A DNA stretch of 64,000 nt from Scyliorhinus canicula. Lineage: Eukaryota. The notes under the pieces were generated by a model. The model was not told where the DNA came from and ran no database searches. It saw only the letters and a list, made by a program, of their open reading frames with translations. The position numbers were made by a program, and so were the translations under genes. Where the stretch lies: NCBI RefSeq assembly GCF_902713615.1, contig NC_052176.1:11670243-11734242 (forward strand), read 5' to 3'. Shown here piece after piece: positions 61,804 through 64,000 of the stretch; the stretch's first letter is position 1, and the number at the start of each line of letters is the position of its first letter.

Positions 61804-64000
61804 TTTGCACTGAGTGCTGAATTTGGTGCATTTGAGTGCTATAGTGAGAGTTTGGTGACTGAGGGAGTATAAGGGTTCATTTTTATCTAAAGTCTAGTCT
61901 TTCTTTTATTTAGTTAATTCACTTAAAAGGTGCTGTTTGGTTTAGAAGAAGGTGAATTTTCAATCAGCTTTAAACAAAGGTTCAACTTGTAGGTACTTGC
62001 AGCTGGAGCTTGTTAATTAGTTAATTGGATAAGGCCAGTTTTCAGAGGCTAGATTCACAGTATAAATAGGATCCAGCTACAGTGCAGACATTGTTTGCAC
62101 TGAGTGCTGAACTTGGTGCATTTGAGTGCTATAGTGAGAGTTTGGTGACTGAGGGAGTGCTGAATTTGGTGCATTTGAGTGCTGTAGTGAGAGTTAGGTG
62201 ACTGGGGGGAGTGCTGAATTTGGTGCATTTGAGTGCTATAGTGAGAGTTAGGTGACTGAGGGAGTGCTGAATTTGGTGCATTTGAGTGCTATAGTAAGAA
62301 TTAGGTGAGGAGAGAGTAAGGTGCTCCTTTCATTTCATTTCCGCAAAGAGCGAGAAGGGAGCCAGGAGTTCAGAGAGTGCAGCTGACTGGGAGCAGAGTC
62401 AGAGGGTGGAGGTCCAGTTGGTCCACAGGGCAGCTATATTCTGTAAGTTAAGAGGGGATGGAGGCTAGGGCAGTTGCATACTCCTCCTGTAGGATGTGGG
62501 TGGTGAGGGATACCACCGGTGTCCCCTCTGACTATACCTGCGGGAAGTGCACCCAACTCCAGCTCCTCGGAGACCGTGTTAGGGAACTAGAGCTGGAGCT
62601 GGATGAACTTCGGATCATCCAGGAGGCAGAGGGGGTAATAGGGAGTTACAGGGAGGTAACCGCACCCAAGGTGCAGGACAAGAGTAGCTGGGTTACAGTC
62701 AGGGGAAGGAAAACAAATGGGCAGACAGTGCAGAGATCCCTCGTGGCCGTTCCCCTTCAAAACAAGTATACTATTTTGGATGCTGTTGGGGGGATGACCT
62801 ACCGGGGGAAGGCCCTAGCGGCCAGGCCTCTGGCACTGAGTCTGGCTCTGGGGCTCAGAAGGGAAGCGGGGGGGAATAGAAAAGCAATAGTAATAGCTAT
62901 TCAATGGTTAGGGGAATAGATAGGAATTCTGTGGTCGCGAGCGAGACTCCCGGAAGGTATGTTGCCCCCCGGGTGCCAGGGCCAGGGATGCCTCGGATCG
63001 TGTCTTCAGGATCCTGAAGGGGGATGGTGAGCAGCCAGAAGTCATGGTGCACATTTCCTACCTACGTCGTTTGTACCAAAGGGGTGTGGAGGTAATAAAC
63101 ATGTTTATGGAGTTGGGCTGGAAGTTAAAAGGCAGGACAGACAGAATTGTCATCACTGGTTTGTTGCCGGTGCCACGTGACAGCGAGGCTAGGAATAGGG
63201 AGAGAGTGCAGTTGCACACCTGGCTGCAGGAATGGTGCAGGAGGGAGGGCTTCAGGTATTTGGATAATTGGAGAGCATTCTGGGGAAGGTGGGCCTGTAC
63301 AAGCAGGACGGGTTGCATCTGAACCAGAGGGGCACCAATATCCTGGGAGGGAGGTTTTCTAGTACTCTTCGGGAGGGTTTAAACTAATTTGGTAGGGGAA
63401 TGGGAAACGGATTTGTAGTCCAGCAACTAAGGAAGCCGATATTCAGCTCACCAAAGCGTGTAGTGACGCAGTGAGGAAGGTAACACTGACAAAGGAGAGT
63501 ACTTGCAGGCACGGAGATGGGTTGAAGTGTGTATACTTCAACGCAAGAAGCATCAGGAATAAGGTGGGTGAACTTAAGGCATGGATCGGTACTTGGGACT
63601 AGGATGTGGTGGCCATCACGGAAACTTGGATAGAAAAGGGGCAGAAATGGTTGTTGGAGGTCCCTGGTTATAGATGTTTAAACAAGATTAGGGAGGGTGG
63701 TAAAGAGGTGGGGGGGGGGGTGGCATTCTTAATTAGAGATAGTACAACAGCTGCAGAAATGCAGTTCGAGTAGGATGTGCCTACTGAGGTAGTATGGGTT
63801 GAAGTCAGAAATAGGAAAGGAGCAGTCACCTTGTTGGGAGTTTTCTATAGCCCCCCCCCCAATAGCAGCAGTGATGTGGAGGAACAGATTTTGGAAAGAT
63901 GCAGAAGTCACAGGGTAGTAGTCATGGGTGACTTCAACTTCCCAAACATTGAGTGGAAACTCTTTAGATCAAATAGTTTGCATGGGGTAGTGTTTGTGCA
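61804..64000 (+). mobile_element. Duplicated CR1 LINE, 5' portion (runs off the window)
   Basis: Paralogue of 14813-17115 with the same L1 junction and the same in-frame TAG in gggactaggatg. Confidence 0.95.

Overview
Vertebrate genomic DNA, most likely from a shark: the SINEs and CR1 LINEs are of the elasmobranch HE1/HER1 type and catshark-like (recognised from memory, not searched). The window is a transposon-rich, replication-dependent histone gene cluster undergoing birth-and-death evolution. It holds 9 intact intronless histone ORFs (2 H2A, 1 H2B, 2 H3.2, 2 H4, 2 divergent H1), a stop-containing H2B pseudogene, a 13-codon H4 remnant, a cleanly deleted 'ghost' H2A and an orphan stem-loop. 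Three paralogous units each lack different members of an inferred H2B> H2A> <H3 <H4 <H1 quintet; about 9.1-17.1 kb is duplicated at about 54.1-64 kb, and about 37.5-49.3 kb looks like an inverted paralogue. Between the genes lie decayed CR1, L1, Tx1, Penelope (with hammerhead motifs), LTR and hAT fragments, SINEs, minisatellites and two assembly gaps. The best leads are: a fast-evolving H1 pair, one with a broken stem-loop and a downstream AATAAA; a conserved NRF1/GC promoter with spliced, apparently non-coding exons head-to-head with each H1; and the Penelope hammerhead ribozyme. Repeat boundaries are approximate and all comparisons were made by eye.
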